From: Octopus sinensis
Taxonomy: Eukaryota
Direction of reading: 5' to 3'
Assembly (NCBI RefSeq): GCF_006345805.1
Contig: NC_043021.1
Location: 5,394,001 to 5,458,000, forward strand
Length of the DNA: 64,000 nucleotides
The notes beneath the pieces are model-generated. The model was not told the origin of the DNA. It ran no database searches and was given only the letters and a program-made list of their open reading frames with translations. This document shows positions 62,796-64,000 of this stretch, piece after piece. A program made the position numbers and the translations under genes. The first letter of the stretch is position 1. Every line of letters begins with the position of its first letter.

Positions 62796-64000
62796 ACGTT
62801 CTGAGTTCAAATTCTGCCGAGGTCGACTTTGCCTTTCATCCTTTCGGGGTCGATGAATTAAGTACCAGTTACGCACTGGGGTCGATGTAATCGACTTAAT
62901 CCCTTTGTCTGTCCTTGTTTGTCCCCTCTGTGTTTAGCCCCTTGTGGGTAGTAAAGAAATAGGTATTTCGTCTGCTGTTACGTTCTGAGTTCAAATTCTG
63001 CCGAGGTCGACTTTGCCTTTCATCCTTTCGGGGTCGATGAATTAAGTACCAGTTACGCACTGGGGTCGATGTAATCGACTTAATCCCTTTGTCTGTCTTT
63101 GTTTGTACCCTCTGTGTTTAGCCCCTTGTGGGTAGTAAAGAAATAGGTATTTCCTCTGCCGTTACGTTCTGAGTTCAAATTCTGCCGAGGTCGACTTTGC
63201 CTTTCATCCTTTCGGGGTCGATGAATTAAGTACCAGTTACGCACTGGGGTCGATGTAATCGACTTAATCCCTTTGTCTGTCCTTGTTTGTCCCCTCTGTG
63301 TTTAGCCCCTTGTGGGTAGTAAAGAAATAGGTATTTCGTCTGCTGTTACGTTCTGAGTTCAAATTCTGCCAAGGTCGACTTTGCCTTTCATCCTTTCGGG
63401 GTCGATGAATTAAGTACCAGTTATGCACTGGGGTCGATGTAATCGACTTAATCCATTTGTCTGTCTTTGTTTGTCCCCTCTGTGTTTAGCCCCTTGTGGG
63501 TAGTAAAGAAATAGGTATTTCCTCTGCCGTTACGTTCTGAGTTCAAATTCTGCCGAGGTCGACTTTGCCTTTCATCCTTTCGGGGTCGATGAATTAAGTA
63601 CCAGTTACGCACTGGGGTCGATGTAATCGACTTAATCCCTTTGCCTGTCCTTGTTTGTCCCCTCTGTGTTTAGCCCCTTGTGGGTAGTAAAGAAATAGGT
63701 ATTTCGTCTGCTGTTACGTCTGAGTTCAATTCTGCCGAGGTCGACTTTGCCTTTCATCCTTTCGGGGTTGATGAATTAAGTACCAGTTATGCACTGGGGT
63801 CGATGTAATCGACTTAATCCCTTTGTCTGTCCTTGTTTGTCCCCTCTGTGTTTAGCCCCTTGTGGGTAGTAAAGAAATAGGTATTTCTCTGCCGTTACGT
63901 TCTGAGTTCAAATTCTGCCGAGGTCGACTTTGCCTTTCATCCTTTCGGGGTCGATGAATTAAGTACCAGTTACGCACTGGGGTCGATGTAATCGACTTAA
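62796..64000 (+). repeat. 184-bp tandem array of the headless SINE A body (>=6.5 units, runs off the window)
   Basis: ACGTTCTGAG unit starts at 62796, 62980, 63164, 63348, 63532, 63716 and 63897. Confidence 0.97.

Noticed and set aside
62796-64000. 184-bp array as a hammerhead retrozyme
   Set aside because: Unit size fits, but no CUGANGA-type core (including 3-8 swapped forms) could be found by eye on either strand.

Overview
This is AT-rich, repeat-dominated eukaryotic DNA. Its repeat landscape (four abundant SINE-like families, RTE/CR1 LINE fragments, dense TA/TG/CA microsatellites) is typical of an Octopus (coleoid cephalopod) genome; that assignment is an inference. No protein-coding gene can be supported, and every long ORF in the track is a microsatellite translation or a dead retroelement fragment. 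The window holds dozens of SINE copies, RTE and CR1 LINE remnants, Merlin-like, hAT and piggyBac-like MITEs, tandem Helitrons, minisatellites, a ~610-bp triplication, a SINE-derived 184-bp satellite running off the right end, and a 100-N gap. Three observations stand out. (1) Penelope-like terminal-repeat remnants carry minimal type I hammerhead ribozyme folds with non-canonical cores, most notably a G3-C8 compensatory swap at 49097-49147 (-) that a CUGANGA search would miss. (2) One SINE family inserts as 1x and 2x units inside single target-site duplications and also forms a >=7x array with a dimeric higher-order period, always through the same self-complementary junction GAAATA-GG-TATTTC. 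(3) A pre-miRNA-like hairpin with correctly spaced Microprocessor motifs lies at ~58949-59015, next to a CpG-retaining promoter-like patch. All structures were derived by eye; none was computed or searched.
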